The position numbers and the translations under genes are program-made. From positions 4,064,001 through 4,128,000 of the forward strand of contig OZ220733.1 in the NCBI GenBank assembly GCA_965116875.1: DNA of 64,000 nucleotides, given 5' to 3'. The DNA comes from Candidatus Latescibacterota bacterium. GTDB taxonomy: Bacteria; Latescibacterota; UBA2968; GCA-2709665. Shown in pieces: positions 9,701 to 19,359 of the stretch (the stretch's first letter is position 1; the number at the start of each line of letters is the position of its first letter). The notes under the pieces were generated by a model. It ran no database searches. It worked only from the letters and a program-made list of their open reading frames with translations, and was not told the origin of the DNA.

Positions 9701-12700
9701 CTACGTTTCCTCGCACCATGCCCGGGCGTTCTGGAAGAGCTGCAGCCAGGGCGAGGCGTTCAGACATCGCTTCCAGGATTCCGGCATCCAGCCCCATTGC
9801 CATTTCAGGAACGTCCGTTCGGGGTGCGGCATCATCGCCAGGTGGCGCCCGTCCGGAGAACACAGGGCGGCGATACCGTGGGGGGAGCCGTTGGGGTTGA
9901 ACGGATAGGCTTCGCTGACGTGGTTCCCGTCGTCGACGTAACGGATTGGCGCCAGGCTGTTCTGAATCACCCTGTCCAGAATGCCGGGGCCGGGAAAATG
10001 GATCCGGCCTTCACCGTGGGCAACCCATATGCCCAGGGAAGCCCCCGCCATATTCCTGAGCATCACGGCCGGACTCTCCTGGACCTGCACGGTAACGAAG
10101 CGTGACTCGAAACGCCCCGATGTATTCTGGATGAAACGCGGTTGGTTCCTTGTCTCGTTTGTCCGCCAGGGCACCCACCCGAGCAGGGCCATTAACTGGC
10201 AGCCGTTACAGACGCCGAGACTGAATGTGTCAGGGCGTTCGGAGAACGACTGAAACTGATCCTGCAGACCCGGATTGAACCGGATGACCCCCGCCCATCC
10301 CTTGGCGGAATCGAGGACGTCCGCGTAGCTGAACCCACCCACAAAGGCGATGCCGCGAAAGGCGTCCAGCCGGACCCGGTCGGCATGCAGATCGGACATG
10401 GTCACGTCCCAGGGCTCCATGCCCGCCACGTGGAACGCCGAGGCCATTTCCCGGTCGCCGTTGCTGCCTTCCTCCCGGACGATGGCAACCGGAATCTTTC
10501 TCCGTGACGCCAGTATCTCCGGCGCAGTCGGCGAAGGCGCGAACGGAAGCGAATACCCGGGCGCCCTGCGCCGCCTCAGCGATAGACGTTCCTGTTCCAC
10601 ACACCTCGGGTTTGCCTGTATCCGTTCGAGACGGTAGCTCGTTTCCTCCCACATGTCTCGCAGATTCGCCACGTCGTCGTTGAGAACGCTCCGACCGTTA
10701 ACGGCGATCCGTACCGATGTGTCCGCCGTGGGTTTGCCAATGGGAATGCAGGGCACGTCTGCCGCGCCGAGGGTCTGGAGAACGTGGGCCTCTTTCTCGG
10801 CGTGCACTTCGATTACCAGGCCCAACTCCTCGGCGAACAGCGATGCGATCGGGTCTGAAGTTGCCGGCAGATCGATGCGGATGCCGCAATTTCCGGCGAA
10901 TGCCATTTCCAACAGACAGGTGACGATGCCGCCATCGCTCCGGTCGTGGCCCGCGGCCACGCTGTCTTCCGCGATGAGCTGCTGTATGGCGTTGAACGCG
11001 CGTTTCAGCAGGCCGGGGTCGTCCACGTCGGGCGGCGTGTCTCCGATCTGGCTGTACACCTGGGCCAGGGCAGAGCCTCCCAGGCGCGCCCTTCCCCCGG
11101 ACAGGTCGACAAACAGCAGGCGTCCCTCATCCGGGTGTTTGAGGTCGGGTGTGACAACCCGGGTGACATCCGGGCAGGTGACATAGGCTGAGACAACCAG
11201 GGCGCCCGGCGCGGTCACGGTCTCGTCGTTCCCGTCAGGCCCGGGCGCAAGCGCGGCCATGGAGAGACTGTCTTTCCCTCCATCGATGGCGATACCCAGT
11301 TCGAGCATCACATCCACGAGGGACCTGGCTGCATCGTATAGCGCGGCGCCCTCGCCCGGCAGTTTGGCAGCCCACATCCAGTTTCCGGAGCATTTGACGT
11401 CTTCAAGCGCGCTCACCCTTGCCCACACCAGATTGGTCAGCGCCTCGCCGACGGTCATCCGCGCCATCGCTTCCGGGTCCAACAGGCCGACCACGGGCTG
11501 CTCCCCGATGGACGTGGCGGCGCCGGTTACGCCGAAATGGCTTTGTGCGATTACGGCCACGTCCGAAACCGTGAGCTGAAGCGGACCCGCGCATTGCTGA
11601 CGGGCAACCAGGCCGGTGACGCTCCGGTCCACCTTGTTCGTCAGAAAACGCTTGGAGCCAACGGACACGAGTCGCAGCACTCTCTTCAATGCGGATTCCA
11701 CGGTGATGTCTTCTGGCAGATCGAGCGGCGTCAATTCGGGTCGCTTGCGATACAGTTCGAAGTTTTTCCGGGGCATGTCGCCCAGCACTCTGTCCAGTTC
11801 CAGGTCAACCGGGGTGGTGTCATCGTTTTCGTCGTAGAGGACAATTCTGCCGTTTCCGGTTACGTGTCCCACAAATGCCGCCGGTATCTTCTCCCGCCTG
11901 CACAGGGCCCTGAACGCCGATTCGTGCCTGGGATGCAGAAGCAGCGCGTCGTTTTCCTGGTATTCGGCGCCCCAGATTTCCAGCACGGAAAGTGACCGGT
12001 CGCCCACGGGCAGGTCGCGAACGTGAATGCGGGCGCCTTCCGGCGCTACGATTTCCTTGAGCACGTTGCAGTTTCCGCCGGCGCCCTGGTCGTGGATGCT
12101 GACGATGGGATTCTGTTCGCCCATTTCAACGCAGGCGCGGATGACGCGGTTTACTTTCTGCTCCATTTCCGCGTCGCCACGCTGCACGGCGTTGAAATCC
12201 AGTTCCGCCGTGTTTTCTCCCTGCACCATCGACGATGCCGCCCCGCCGCCCATCCCGATGCGGTATGCGGGTCCGCCGAGCTTGACCACCCGCATTTTCT
12301 TTTCGGGCTTTCCTTTTGCCGTGTGACGGGCGTCGATCTGACCGATGCCCCCGGTGAACATGATGGGTTTGATCCATTCGCGGCGCTGTCCGTTCGGCAG
12401 TCGCAGGCCGAAAGCGCGTGTATAGCCCTGAATGAGAGGTTCGCCGAATTTGTTCCCGTAGTCCGACGCGCCGTTGCTGGCTTCTATCTCGATCCGGAGG
12501 GGGGATGCGAAATTGCCGGAATACCGGAACGCCCTGTCCTCCCAGGGCATCTCATAGCCGGGGATACGGAGATTGCCCACACAATAGGCCGCGGTACCTG
12601 CGACAACCAGCGAGCCGCGACCGGCGGCATGCACGTCCCGGATACGTCCGCCGGTACCGGTTTCAGCGCCGGGGAATGGCGCGACGCCAGTGGGAAAGTT

Positions 12701-13612
12701 GTGCGTCTCAGCGGTGAAGATGATGTCGTAGTCTCGTTCGGAGTCGGCGAACGGCCCTGGTTCCCCCGGCCTGGCTGGCAGGATGGTCCTCGTGGAATAA
12801 CCTCGTATGCCGCTGGCATTGTCTCTGAACGCGATGCTGCTGTTGCCCGGATTGGCCTGCAGGGGTTGCTGAATCATGCGCATCAGATGGTCCGGCATCT
12901 CTTCGCCGTCGATCCTCAGCCGGCCGCGGAAGAACCAGTGCCGGGAGTGTTCGCTGTTGGACTGGGCGATGTCGAAACACTCCACATTCGTGGGATTTCG
13001 CCGGAAATGGTCCAGAAAGAGGTCTGTATAGTAGTCGAGGTCCCATTCGTCGAAGGCCAGGCCCTGGGTCCTGTTGATTTGCTCCAGCGCCGCTCGGCCC
13101 TCCTGAACGAGCGGAACCTCGGACACAGGCTCCGGTTCCGCGCCGGTTTCGAAGGTCGACAGAGGCGAGGCGTACTCGCATTCGGTCATCCGGTCGTGGA
13201 TCGTATCCAGAAACGCGGTCTTCTGGTCGCGGGTAAGGACGGGCCGGACCAGATAACGCCTGGACCGTTCGATGCGTGTGATTCCCGTAAGTCCGCACGC
13301 CTGGCAGACCGATACGGCATTCGTGGACCAGGCCGTACTGAAGTTCAGGCGTGGTCCAACCTCGATCAGCGTACCCTCCTCGCCCAGAAACGGCGTTGCT
13401 GCGAGTTTTTCCGGTTCGAAGGTCTCACCCAGAAGCCAGGCGAGCCGCTTCCGTTCTTCAGCGGTCAACGTACCGCTCATTTCGACATTGAAGCAAGCTT
13501 CGGTTTCAAGTTGCGCAACACGGTGACAGACGGTCTGCCTGACCTGGTTGAGCAGGGTGTCCGTCTGCGTCCGTGAGAGGTACGGCGTTCGGTATAGATG
13601 AAGAAGACCCAT
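9701..13612 (-). CDS. purL: Phosphoribosylformylglycinamidine synthase, large single-chain form (fused glutaminase)
   Basis: [61 protein letters not shown]. Confidence 0.97.
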   Translation of the reverse strand: MGLLHLYRTPYLSRTQTDTLLNQVRQTVCHRVAQLETEACFNVEMSGTLTAEERKRLAWLLGETFEPEKLAATPFLGEEGTLIEVGPRLNFSTAWSTNAVSVCQACGLTGITRIERSRRYLVRPVLTRDQKTAFLDTIHDRMTECEYASPLSTFETGAEPEPVSEVPLVQEGRAALEQINRTQGLAFDEWDLDYYTDLFLDHFRRNPTNVECFDIAQSNSEHSRHWFFRGRLRIDGEEMPDHLMRMIQQPLQANPGNSSIAFRDNASGIRGYSTRTILPARPGEPGPFADSERDYDIIFTAETHNFPTGVAPFPGAETGTGGRIRDVHAAGRGSLVVAGTAAYCVGNLRIPGYEMPWEDRAFRYSGNFASPLRIEIEASNGASDYGNKFGEPLIQGYTRAFGLRLPNGQRREWIKPIMFTGGIGQIDARHTAKGKPEKKMRVVKLGGPAYRIGMGGGAASSMVQGENTAELDFNAVQRGDAEMEQKVNRVIRACVEMGEQNPIVSIHDQGAGGNCNVLKEIVAPEGARIHVRDLPVGDRSLSVLEIWGAEYQENDALLLHPRHESAFRALCRREKIPAAFVGHVTGNGRIVLYDENDDTTPVDLELDRVLGDMPRKNFELYRKRPELTPLDLPEDITVESALKRVLRLVSVGSKRFLTNKVDRSVTGLVARQQCAGPLQLTVSDVAVIAQSHFGVTGAATSIGEQPVVGLLDPEAMARMTVGEALTNLVWARVSALEDVKCSGNWMWAAKLPGEGAALYDAARSLVDVMLELGIAIDGGKDSLSMAALAPGPDGNDETVTAPGALVVSAYVTCPDVTRVVTPDLKHPDEGRLLFVDLSGGRARLGGSALAQVYSQIGDTPPDVDDPGLLKRAFNAIQQLIAEDSVAAGHDRSDGGIVTCLLEMAFAGNCGIRIDLPATSDPIASLFAEELGLVIEVHAEKEAHVLQTLGAADVPCIPIGKPTADTSVRIAVNGRSVLNDDVANLRDMWEETSYRLERIQANPRCVEQERLSLRRRRAPGYSLPFAPSPTAPEILASRRKIPVAIVREEGSNGDREMASAFHVAGMEPWDVTMSDLHADRVRLDAFRGIAFVGGFSYADVLDSAKGWAGVIRFNPGLQDQFQSFSERPDTFSLGVCNGCQLMALLGWVPWRTNETRNQPRFIQNTSGRFESRFVTVQVQESPAVMLRNMAGASLGIWVAHGEGRIHFPGPGILDRVIQNSLAPIRYVDDGNHVSEAYPFNPNGSPHGIAALCSPDGRHLAMMPHPERTFLKWQWGWMPESWKRCLNASPWLQLFQNARAWCEET

Positions 13613-13639
13613 CAATTCCTTTCCGGCGCCGTTAAATAG

Positions 13640-13801
13640 GAAGCTGTGTTAGAATTCCCTGTGAGTTCCCGAGCGCGAGCGAAAAAGTGACGGTCAAGGC
13701 GGGCGAATTCGCCCACATTTGTGTATATCGGCGAATTTGACCAACGCCGACCGGCGCTTTTGCAGCCGCGCGAAGACCGTTGGGGATTCTAATACAGCTT
13801 C
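13640..13801. mobile_element. 162-bp MITE-like element, copy 1
   Basis: Terminal inverted repeats GAAGCTGTGTTAGAATTCCC / GGGGATTCTAATACAGCTTC; gapless inverted homologue at 20782-20943. Confidence 0.8.
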
Positions 13802-14527
13802 TTAAGCGCCGATAGGGGAGGGTAGCAACTCCGGCAGGGATCTGATGATTCGATCCGGACGGGTTCCACTGTCTTCGGGCAGACCAGTCCCCTTTGCGTC
13901 GTTCCATACGCAATAGATGCCCAGTTTCCGAGGAACAGCGACCTCCCACTCCAGGTTGTCGCCCACGATCCAGGCATCTCCGGGCGTTGCGTCCAGGAGG
14001 CGCAGCGCATCCATATAGATTCGTGTATCCGGTTTGCCGTAGCCACATTCTCCTTCGATGAGGATGGCGTCGAAGAAGGGCGCAAGATTGAATCTGTGTA
14101 TCTTGTCCCGCTGGGGTTCGGCGCCGCCATTGGTTACCAGGGCCATCCGCACACCGCGTGCCCGAAGCTTGCGAAGCGTTTCGATGGCGCCCGGAAACGG
14201 TTTTATCGTCTTCCCGCGTTCACGTTCGTACAACTGTGCGATCGTTCCCGCCAACTCCCAGTTCTCAACGCCGAGATGGCACAGGCCATGGTGGACAACA
14301 CGCTGAGTTGCAAGGGGCATGTTCTGGCGGTTCGCACGGTGCCGTTCGGGATCGGCCCAAAACCACGTTCGGGCTTCGGTCAGCGTCCTGTACAGTTCCT
14401 CCGCACCGACCCCCTCAATTCTGCCAGCTGCATCGCCGCAGACCCGTTTCCAGCATGGTCCCGCGTACGTGGAATAGGAGACGATCGTGTCGTCCAGATC
14501 CATAAGCATCGCGACGGGCAAAGTCAA
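13802..14527 (-). CDS. HAD-superfamily hydrolase (YjjG-like)
   Basis: MDLDDT, PFPG, LVTNG, GKPD, VGDNLEWEV motifs; TTG start chosen after AGGGA, uncertain. Confidence 0.88.
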   Translation of the reverse strand: MTLPVAMLMDLDDTIVSYSTYAGPCWKRVCGDAAGRIEGVGAEELYRTLTEARTWFWADPERHRANRQNMPLATQRVVHHGLCHLGVENWELAGTIAQLYERERGKTIKPFPGAIETLRKLRARGVRMALVTNGGAEPQRDKIHRFNLAPFFDAILIEGECGYGKPDTRIYMDALRLLDATPGDAWIVGDNLEWEVAVPRKLGIYCVWNDAKGTGLPEDSGTRPDRIIRSLPELLPSPIGA

Positions 14528-14618
14528 AACGGAGTCCCTGGTCAGGGTCGATTGGTTCGCGGCGTCCACACCGGAGCCCGCGGGGTAAGGCAGCGCCGGA
14601 GCCGGAACGGCCCGAGAG

Positions 14619-14687
14619 ATATTAGTATACCATACCATATATTGCAAATTTATAAATTTGATAAAATCAATAAATAATTTTTATTAT
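14619..14687. promoter_or_regulatory. AT-rich divergent promoter segment with perfect palindrome
   Basis: Minus TTGCAA-17-TAATAT; plus TTGATA-18-TATTAT; palindrome CAAATTTATAAATTTG at 14645-14660. Confidence 0.5.
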
Positions 14688-14775
14688 AACACCATGTGCG
14701 GTTGAGACGTTCCGTTCCGGTTCCACGGGCGCCAGGTCACACGTGCCCCGGCTGATGCACCGAATCTGATTTTGG

Positions 14776-14804
14776 TTGACAATCCGATCTGCAGTTTCTA
14801 TTAT
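14776..14804 (+). promoter_or_regulatory. sigma70-type promoter upstream of aldo-keto reductase
   Basis: TTGACA-17 bp-TATTAT. Confidence 0.7.
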
Positions 14805-14912
14805 TGCCTCAGTATCCGAGTGATACTGAATTCGGCCTTCGAGGGGATCGCCGGGAGGGAGCCTTCGAGGGCCGTTTTGACATGGTGGTGGACTGACCGG
14901 GTGGGGGTACCC

Positions 14913-15909
14913 ATGAAGTGCCGCGCGCTCTGTAAGGACGGCCCACGGATTTCGGAGGTCGGATTCGGCGCTCTGTAAGGACGGCCCACGGATTTCGGAG
15001 GTCGGATTCGGCGCAGGACCGTTTCGGGGGTTGGACTGGGGACCCGTAAACGACGAGACGTCCGTTTGTGCCGTACACCGGGCGCTCGATGTCGGCGTGA
15101 CGCTTTTCGATACGGCGGACGCATACGGAAACGGTCGCAGCGAACGGGTTCTCGGCAGGGCGCTGGAAGGAAGGCGCGAGCATGTCGTACTCGCAACCAA
15201 GGGCGGCTGGTGGTACGTAGACGGTGCGCCCTGCTGTGATTTTTCGACAGTCTACCTCATCCGGGCGTTGCAGGCCAGCCTGCAGTGTCTGCGAACGGAC
15301 TATATCGATCTCTACTATATCCACGATCCGGATACGGAGACCCTTCAGCGGGGCGGTGTTTTTGAATTTCTGACAAGGATGAAGGAAGCCGGTACGATCC
15401 GTTTGGCAGGTGTATCGATCGATACGGCTGAACAGGCGCGCCTCTGCATTGAATCCCGCTGTGTGGATGTAATACAGATCTACTATAGTATCCTGGACCA
15501 GCGTCCGGACCCCGAACTGTTTGAGGCGGCGCGAAACGCAGGCGTTGGCACGGTGATCAAGGCGCCGCTGGCAAGAGGCTTGCTGAGCGGGAAATACGGC
15601 AGGGATGCCCGATTTCCCAGGGGGGACTTCCGGGAAAACTGGCGGATGAAAGGGCGATTGCAACCGACCCTGGCCCGGGTGGCCAGGGTGGAGGCGCTGG
15701 TGCGCGGCCGGAGTCCTTCACTTGCACAGACGGCGCTCCGATTCGTGCTGAGCCATCCGGACGTATCGTGCGTGATCCCTGGCGCCAAGACGCCCGGGCA
15801 GGCCGAGGCGAACGCCGCGGCATCCGGAATGGGTCCGCTGGACGAAGTCGACCTCGATGCGTTGAAGATGCTGTACCGGGAAATGGGCGGGCCGATCGAC
15901 GCACGATAG
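14913..15909 (+). pseudogene. Aldo/keto reductase (IolS-like) frameshifted by a 43-bp tandem duplication
   Basis: Removing one repeat unit joins MKCRALCKDGPRISEVGFGAGPFRG in frame to LDWGP...FDTADAYGNGRSE...LATKGG...DYIDLYYIH...VIPGAK. Confidence 0.85.
14929..15014 (+). repeat. Exact 43-bp tandem duplication (2 copies)
   Basis: TCTGTAAGGACGGCCCACGGATTTCGGAGGTCGGATTCGGCGC at 14929-14971 and 14972-15014, GCGC microhomology at the junctions. Confidence 0.97.
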
Positions 15910-15936
15910 CAGTCCGTTGATCAAGTCGCTCTTCAG

Positions 15937-15965
15937 GCCTGCCAGTGAAGTCTTGGCAGGCAGGC
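15937..15965. repeat. Short REP-like palindrome of the CCTGC..GCAGGCAGG type
   Basis: GCCTGCCA-9 nt-TGGCAGGC-AGGC; similar motif inside the 17541-17611 palindrome. Confidence 0.4.
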
Positions 15966-15984
15966 GGGGCCGCCCCCACGGCAT

Positions 15985-16044
15985 TGGCATCCGAAAACGA
16001 AAAGGGCGGGGTGCAAACCCCGCCCTTTTCGTTTTCGGATGCCA
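15985..16044. terminator. Bidirectional terminator, perfect 28-bp stem with GCAA tetraloop
   Basis: TGGCATCCGAAAACGAAAAGGGCGGGGT-GCAA-ACCCCGCCCTTTTCGTTTTCGGATGCCA between convergent genes. Confidence 0.85.
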
Positions 16045-16059
16045 TACGCAGACGTGAAT

Positions 16060-16245
16060 TCAATCGGCCGCGATACCCAGATGTTCCACGCCCGAACCCG
16101 TATCGCCCGTCGACGCCTGCCTGGCCTGCTTCATAAACTTCGCGATACGCACCTGAAGGTTTTTGGCCTGCAACTCGAACCGGTCCAACTCGTCCACAAG
16201 ATCCTCATAGTCGAGGCGAGGCTCAACACCCGTGCGGTTCGCCAT
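16060..16245 (-). CDS. Small hypothetical protein (61 aa), predicted coiled coil
   Basis: AAGGGAG RBS 6 nt before ATG, own promoter (16331-16359) and terminator; heptad-like LDYEDLVDELDRFELQAKNLQVRIAKF. Confidence 0.7.
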   Translation of the reverse strand: MANRTGVEPRLDYEDLVDELDRFELQAKNLQVRIAKFMKQARQASTGDTGSGVEHLGIAAD

Positions 16246-16330
16246 ACTACGCTCCCTTCGTTCTAGGGGAATCAGGGAGAGGGGGGAGGTGAATGCCGTT
16301 CAATCCTGCTTGATGTACGTGAGGGATCAG

Positions 16331-16359
16331 AATATAGGACAGGGCGCGGATCGGGTCAA
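16331..16359 (-). promoter_or_regulatory. sigma70-type promoter for the 61-aa ORF
   Basis: TTGACC-17 bp-TATATT on minus strand. Confidence 0.65.
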
Positions 16360-16390
16360 GAGCAAAGGCGAAAAAAGGGGATTTTCGCGG

Positions 16391-17320
16391 TCAATGCGGC
16401 CGCTGGTCCATGAGGTCCCGGATCTGTGTTTCACTCGGCAGTGCGGACTGCGCTCCGAGCCGGGTAACCGCGAGGGCGCCGGCGCAGTTGGCATAGGCGA
16501 CCGCGTCGGCAAGTGAACGCGTTTGTCCGAGTGCGGCGGCGAGGGCGCCGTTGAAGGCGTCGCCGGCGCCGGTGGTGTCGCGGGCGTCGACCGTCGGCGC
16601 GGGGACCATTGCGGTTTCCCGATCCGTCGCAAGAAGCGCGCCGCGCGCGCCAAGGGTGATGATGACGTTGTTCACGCCGCGGTTCATCAGGATGTCCGCT
16701 GCCTGGCGGGCGGTTTTTTCGGAGTCCGGCAGAATACCGGTGAGTATCTCTGTTTCCGTTTCATTCGGCGTCAGGAGAAACAGGTCCGAAAGCAACTGCC
16801 AGGGCAGCTTGCGCCCGGGCGCCGGGTTGAGTATCACCGGAACACCGTGTTCTTTCGCGAGTCCCGTCGCATGCAGAACCGTCGGCAACGGCGTTTCAAG
16901 CTGAAGCAGGCAGATGGAAACGCGTTCGAGAAGGGCGGCGGCGGCGTCGACCTGAACCGGGGACAGGGCTGCGTTGGCGCCCGGAACCACCGCGATGACG
17001 TTCTCACCCCTTCCATCCACCAGAATTGTGGCAATACCGGAAGCCAGGTCCGGATCTCTCAAGACATACGTCGTGTCGATCCCCTCCGCCTCCAGGCAGC
17101 GGAGGGCCTGGAGGCCGAATGCATCGCTGCCAATCCTGGCAATGAAGGTTACATGCGCGCCGGCGCGGGCCGCGGCTACCGCCTGATTTGCGCCCTTTCC
17201 TCCCGGCAACGTCGAAAACGCATCCGCCATAACGGTCTGGCCGGGGCTGGGCAGGCGCTCCGTCTGAACGATCAGATCCGTATTGGAACTGCCGATTACC
17301 AGAACGTGGGCACGTGACAC
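16391..17320 (-). CDS. rbsK: Ribokinase
   Basis: VIGSSNTDL, PGGKGANQAVAAAR, LQLE, LNPAP, TPNETE, DTTGAGDAFNG; GTG start after GGAG. Confidence 0.93.
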   Translation of the reverse strand: MSRAHVLVIGSSNTDLIVQTERLPSPGQTVMADAFSTLPGGKGANQAVAAARAGAHVTFIARIGSDAFGLQALRCLEAEGIDTTYVLRDPDLASGIATILVDGRGENVIAVVPGANAALSPVQVDAAAALLERVSICLLQLETPLPTVLHATGLAKEHGVPVILNPAPGRKLPWQLLSDLFLLTPNETETEILTGILPDSEKTARQAADILMNRGVNNVIITLGARGALLATDRETAMVPAPTVDARDTTGAGDAFNGALAAALGQTRSLADAVAYANCAGALAVTRLGAQSALPSETQIRDLMDQRPH

Positions 17321-17540
17321 GATGGCGATCTCCGAAAGTGTCGACTGTCGGCGAACCGGACAGCGGCGCCGGCACGGAGTGCGAGTGTGTGCGTTTGTCC
17401 CGATCCGTCCACGCCTGATCGCCTCAGAAGCCAATTCAAGACGGAGTTCAAGGTAACCCGTTACGACCGCGCTCGTCAAGACGAACTTTAACGAATCAAG
17501 TCCCGTGATAGCGAAGCACGCCGTCTTCAGAAAAAGCCTT

Positions 17541-17622
17541 GAATTCCCCGCCGGTCTGCGCGCCTGCCTGCAGCGTACTTCGCTGCAGGCAGGCAGGTCG
17601 GCGGGAATTTCAAAACAGCTTC
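17541..17622. repeat. Long palindrome ending in a MITE-type terminus
   Basis: GAATTCCCCGCCGGTCTG..GCCTGCCTGCAGCG-TACTT-CGCTGCAGGCAGGCAGGTCGGCGGGAATTTC followed by AAAACAGCTTC (same end as the MITE TIR). Confidence 0.7.
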
Positions 17623-17635
17623 TCATTGTATTTCC

Positions 17636-17664
17636 TTGACTTGCCTGTGGCGTTTGCTTAAGTT
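17636..17664 (+). promoter_or_regulatory. sigma70-type promoter upstream of structured leader/bamD
   Basis: TTGACT-17 bp-TAAGTT. Confidence 0.55.
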
Positions 17665-17669
17665 TTTTC

Positions 17670-17904
17670 GATCTGTGGACGAAAACGGCGCAGGCACGGC
17701 GGCTTTTCGTGTTTTCGGTCTGGCGGCGCAGGAGGATTTCCTCCGGATTTTGATTGGAACCGTCCGCCGGTTTCCAGAGTCAAAGGTAGGAGTGTCGGAC
17801 ATACCCATTGGCTCCACGGAGTGCGCCACTCGAAAACGCACGGGTCTCCGGGTGACCGATTGCGCCGACCGTTCGGGGTTGGGATCAACACGGCCCCGAT
17901 TTTC
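17670..17904 (+). ncRNA. Candidate structured RNA (rod with central bubble, 6S-like dimensions) or attenuating leader
   Basis: Nested long-range stems 17686-92/17861-67, 17709-17/17831-39, 17725-30/17822-27, 17748-61/17769-84; terminator-like hairpin 17873-17903. Confidence 0.4.
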
Positions 17905-17928
17905 TGTTATTGCACGATGGGTACGGGT

Positions 17929-18750
17929 ATGATGAAGCGGAGTGTTTTCATACTGTGTAGTCTTGGCCTGCTGTCAATGGCCGGATGCGCGCAGAACAGG
18001 TATCGCCATCCCAGCGCCGACGTTTATCTGGATAAGGCGAATGAGGAGCTGGAGAAAAAGAATTGCTGGGAGGCGCAGAAGTTGCTCCGGAATCTGCTTT
18101 CGGACTTTCCCGGTTCCCATCTTGTCGATCGCGCCCAATACAAGTTGGGTTTCGCGTATCTGTGCGATAAGGACTACGTAACCGCCGTGTTCGAGTTCGA
18201 GCGCCTGCTGAATGAGTTTCCTACCAGTCCGTTTGTCGATCAGGCGCGGTATCAGATCGGCGTGTGTTATTATCGGCAGTCCCGAGGGATCCACCACGAC
18301 CAGGACGAGACGCACAAGGCCATCCGGGAATTCGAACGATTTATCGAGGATTTCCCCGACAGCGATCTCGTACCTGGCACCCGTGAAAGAATCCTGGAAC
18401 TTCGAACGAAGTTGGCGCGGAAGAAACTGATGGTTGCCGAGAACTACATTCAGTGGGATATGTACGAATCCGCAGGGCGTTATTGCGAGATTGTCCTCAA
18501 TGAATTCGACGATACGGCGCTCGTTTCGAGAGCACGTTTTCTTCTTGCCCGGACGAAGCATCGCACGGGAGCCCTGGACGAAGCACTTGAAATGTTGAGG
18601 CTCCTGGCCGCGGACGGCGTTCAGGATGAACTGAAACAGAATATTGCGGAAGAGATACGGCAGATCGAGAAGACCCGGGCACAGCAGAACAACGAACTGC
18701 GAAAGCCCACGGAGAAGCCAAACGGTTCCAGCGCCGCAAATACCCGGTGA
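17929..18750 (+). CDS. bamD: Outer membrane protein assembly factor BamD (TPR lipoprotein)
   Basis: Lipobox MAGC; TPR repeats with FPGS, FPTSP, DQ..T..AI..F..FI..FPDS, KLA.K...VA..Y. Confidence 0.88.
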   Translation: MMKRSVFILCSLGLLSMAGCAQNRYRHPSADVYLDKANEELEKKNCWEAQKLLRNLLSDFPGSHLVDRAQYKLGFAYLCDKDYVTAVFEFERLLNEFPTSPFVDQARYQIGVCYYRQSRGIHHDQDETHKAIREFERFIEDFPDSDLVPGTRERILELRTKLARKKLMVAENYIQWDMYESAGRYCEIVLNEFDDTALVSRARFLLARTKHRTGALDEALEMLRLLAADGVQDELKQNIAEEIRQIEKTRAQQNNELRKPTEKPNGSSAANTR

Positions 18751-18756
18751 GGTGGA

Positions 18757-19344
18757 ATGGACGGCAGGATCGGCATCCTCGGCGGAACGTTCGATCCGAT
18801 TCATCTCGGCCATCTGATCATCGCACAGGAGGCGTTGGCAACGTGTCGTCTGGATCGGGTTCTGTTCGTTCCCTCGGCGGACCCTCCCCACAAGAGCGTT
18901 GCCGACGTGGCGCCGGCGGAGGCACGCGCCAGAATGGTGGCGCTTGCCCTGGATGGACAGCCCCGGTTTGAACTTTGCCGGATTGAACTGGATCGAACCG
19001 GCAAGTCGTATACAGTAGAGACGCTCCGGCAGTTGTGCCGCGAACTGGGTTCCGGGAATGAGCTTTATCTCATCATCGGCGCGGACAGCGCGGTGGAAAT
19101 GTCGACGTGGTGCGACCCCCAGGTCGTTCTGGATCTCGCCCGGGTTACGGTAATGGGCCGGCCGGGCTTTCTGCCGGATGATGTAGACGATCCGATTGCC
19201 GCACGGATGTGTTTTCTGGATTCCCCGCTTCTCGAAGTCTCCTCCACTCAGATCCGTTCCCGTGTTCGTACGGGCTTACCCATCCGGTACTGGGTTCCGG
19301 ACAACGTCGCTCGATTCATCGAAACCCACGGCCTCTACCGATAG
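18757..19344 (+). CDS. nadD: Nicotinate-nucleotide adenylyltransferase
   Basis: GILGGTFDPIHLGH, PPHK, SYTVETL, IIGADS, VSSTQIR. Confidence 0.96.
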   Translation: MDGRIGILGGTFDPIHLGHLIIAQEALATCRLDRVLFVPSADPPHKSVADVAPAEARARMVALALDGQPRFELCRIELDRTGKSYTVETLRQLCRELGSGNELYLIIGADSAVEMSTWCDPQVVLDLARVTVMGRPGFLPDDVDDPIAARMCFLDSPLLEVSSTQIRSRVRTGLPIRYWVPDNVARFIETHGLYR

Positions 19345-19359
19345 AATAGCGAGCAATCA

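Noticed and set aside
13632-14048. ORFs sharing the peptide AAKAPVGVGQI (also 20751-21044)
   Set aside because: These are translations of the two MITE copies, not a gene family.
14528-14618. ZTP or purine riboswitch upstream of the HAD-purL-folD run
   Set aside because: No recognisable consensus (for example the ZTP 3' CGCCTGGG element); the spacer before purL is occupied by the MITE.
14929-15014. Possible mini CRISPR array
   Set aside because: The two 43-mers are directly adjacent with no spacer and are coding sequence; no cas genes are present.
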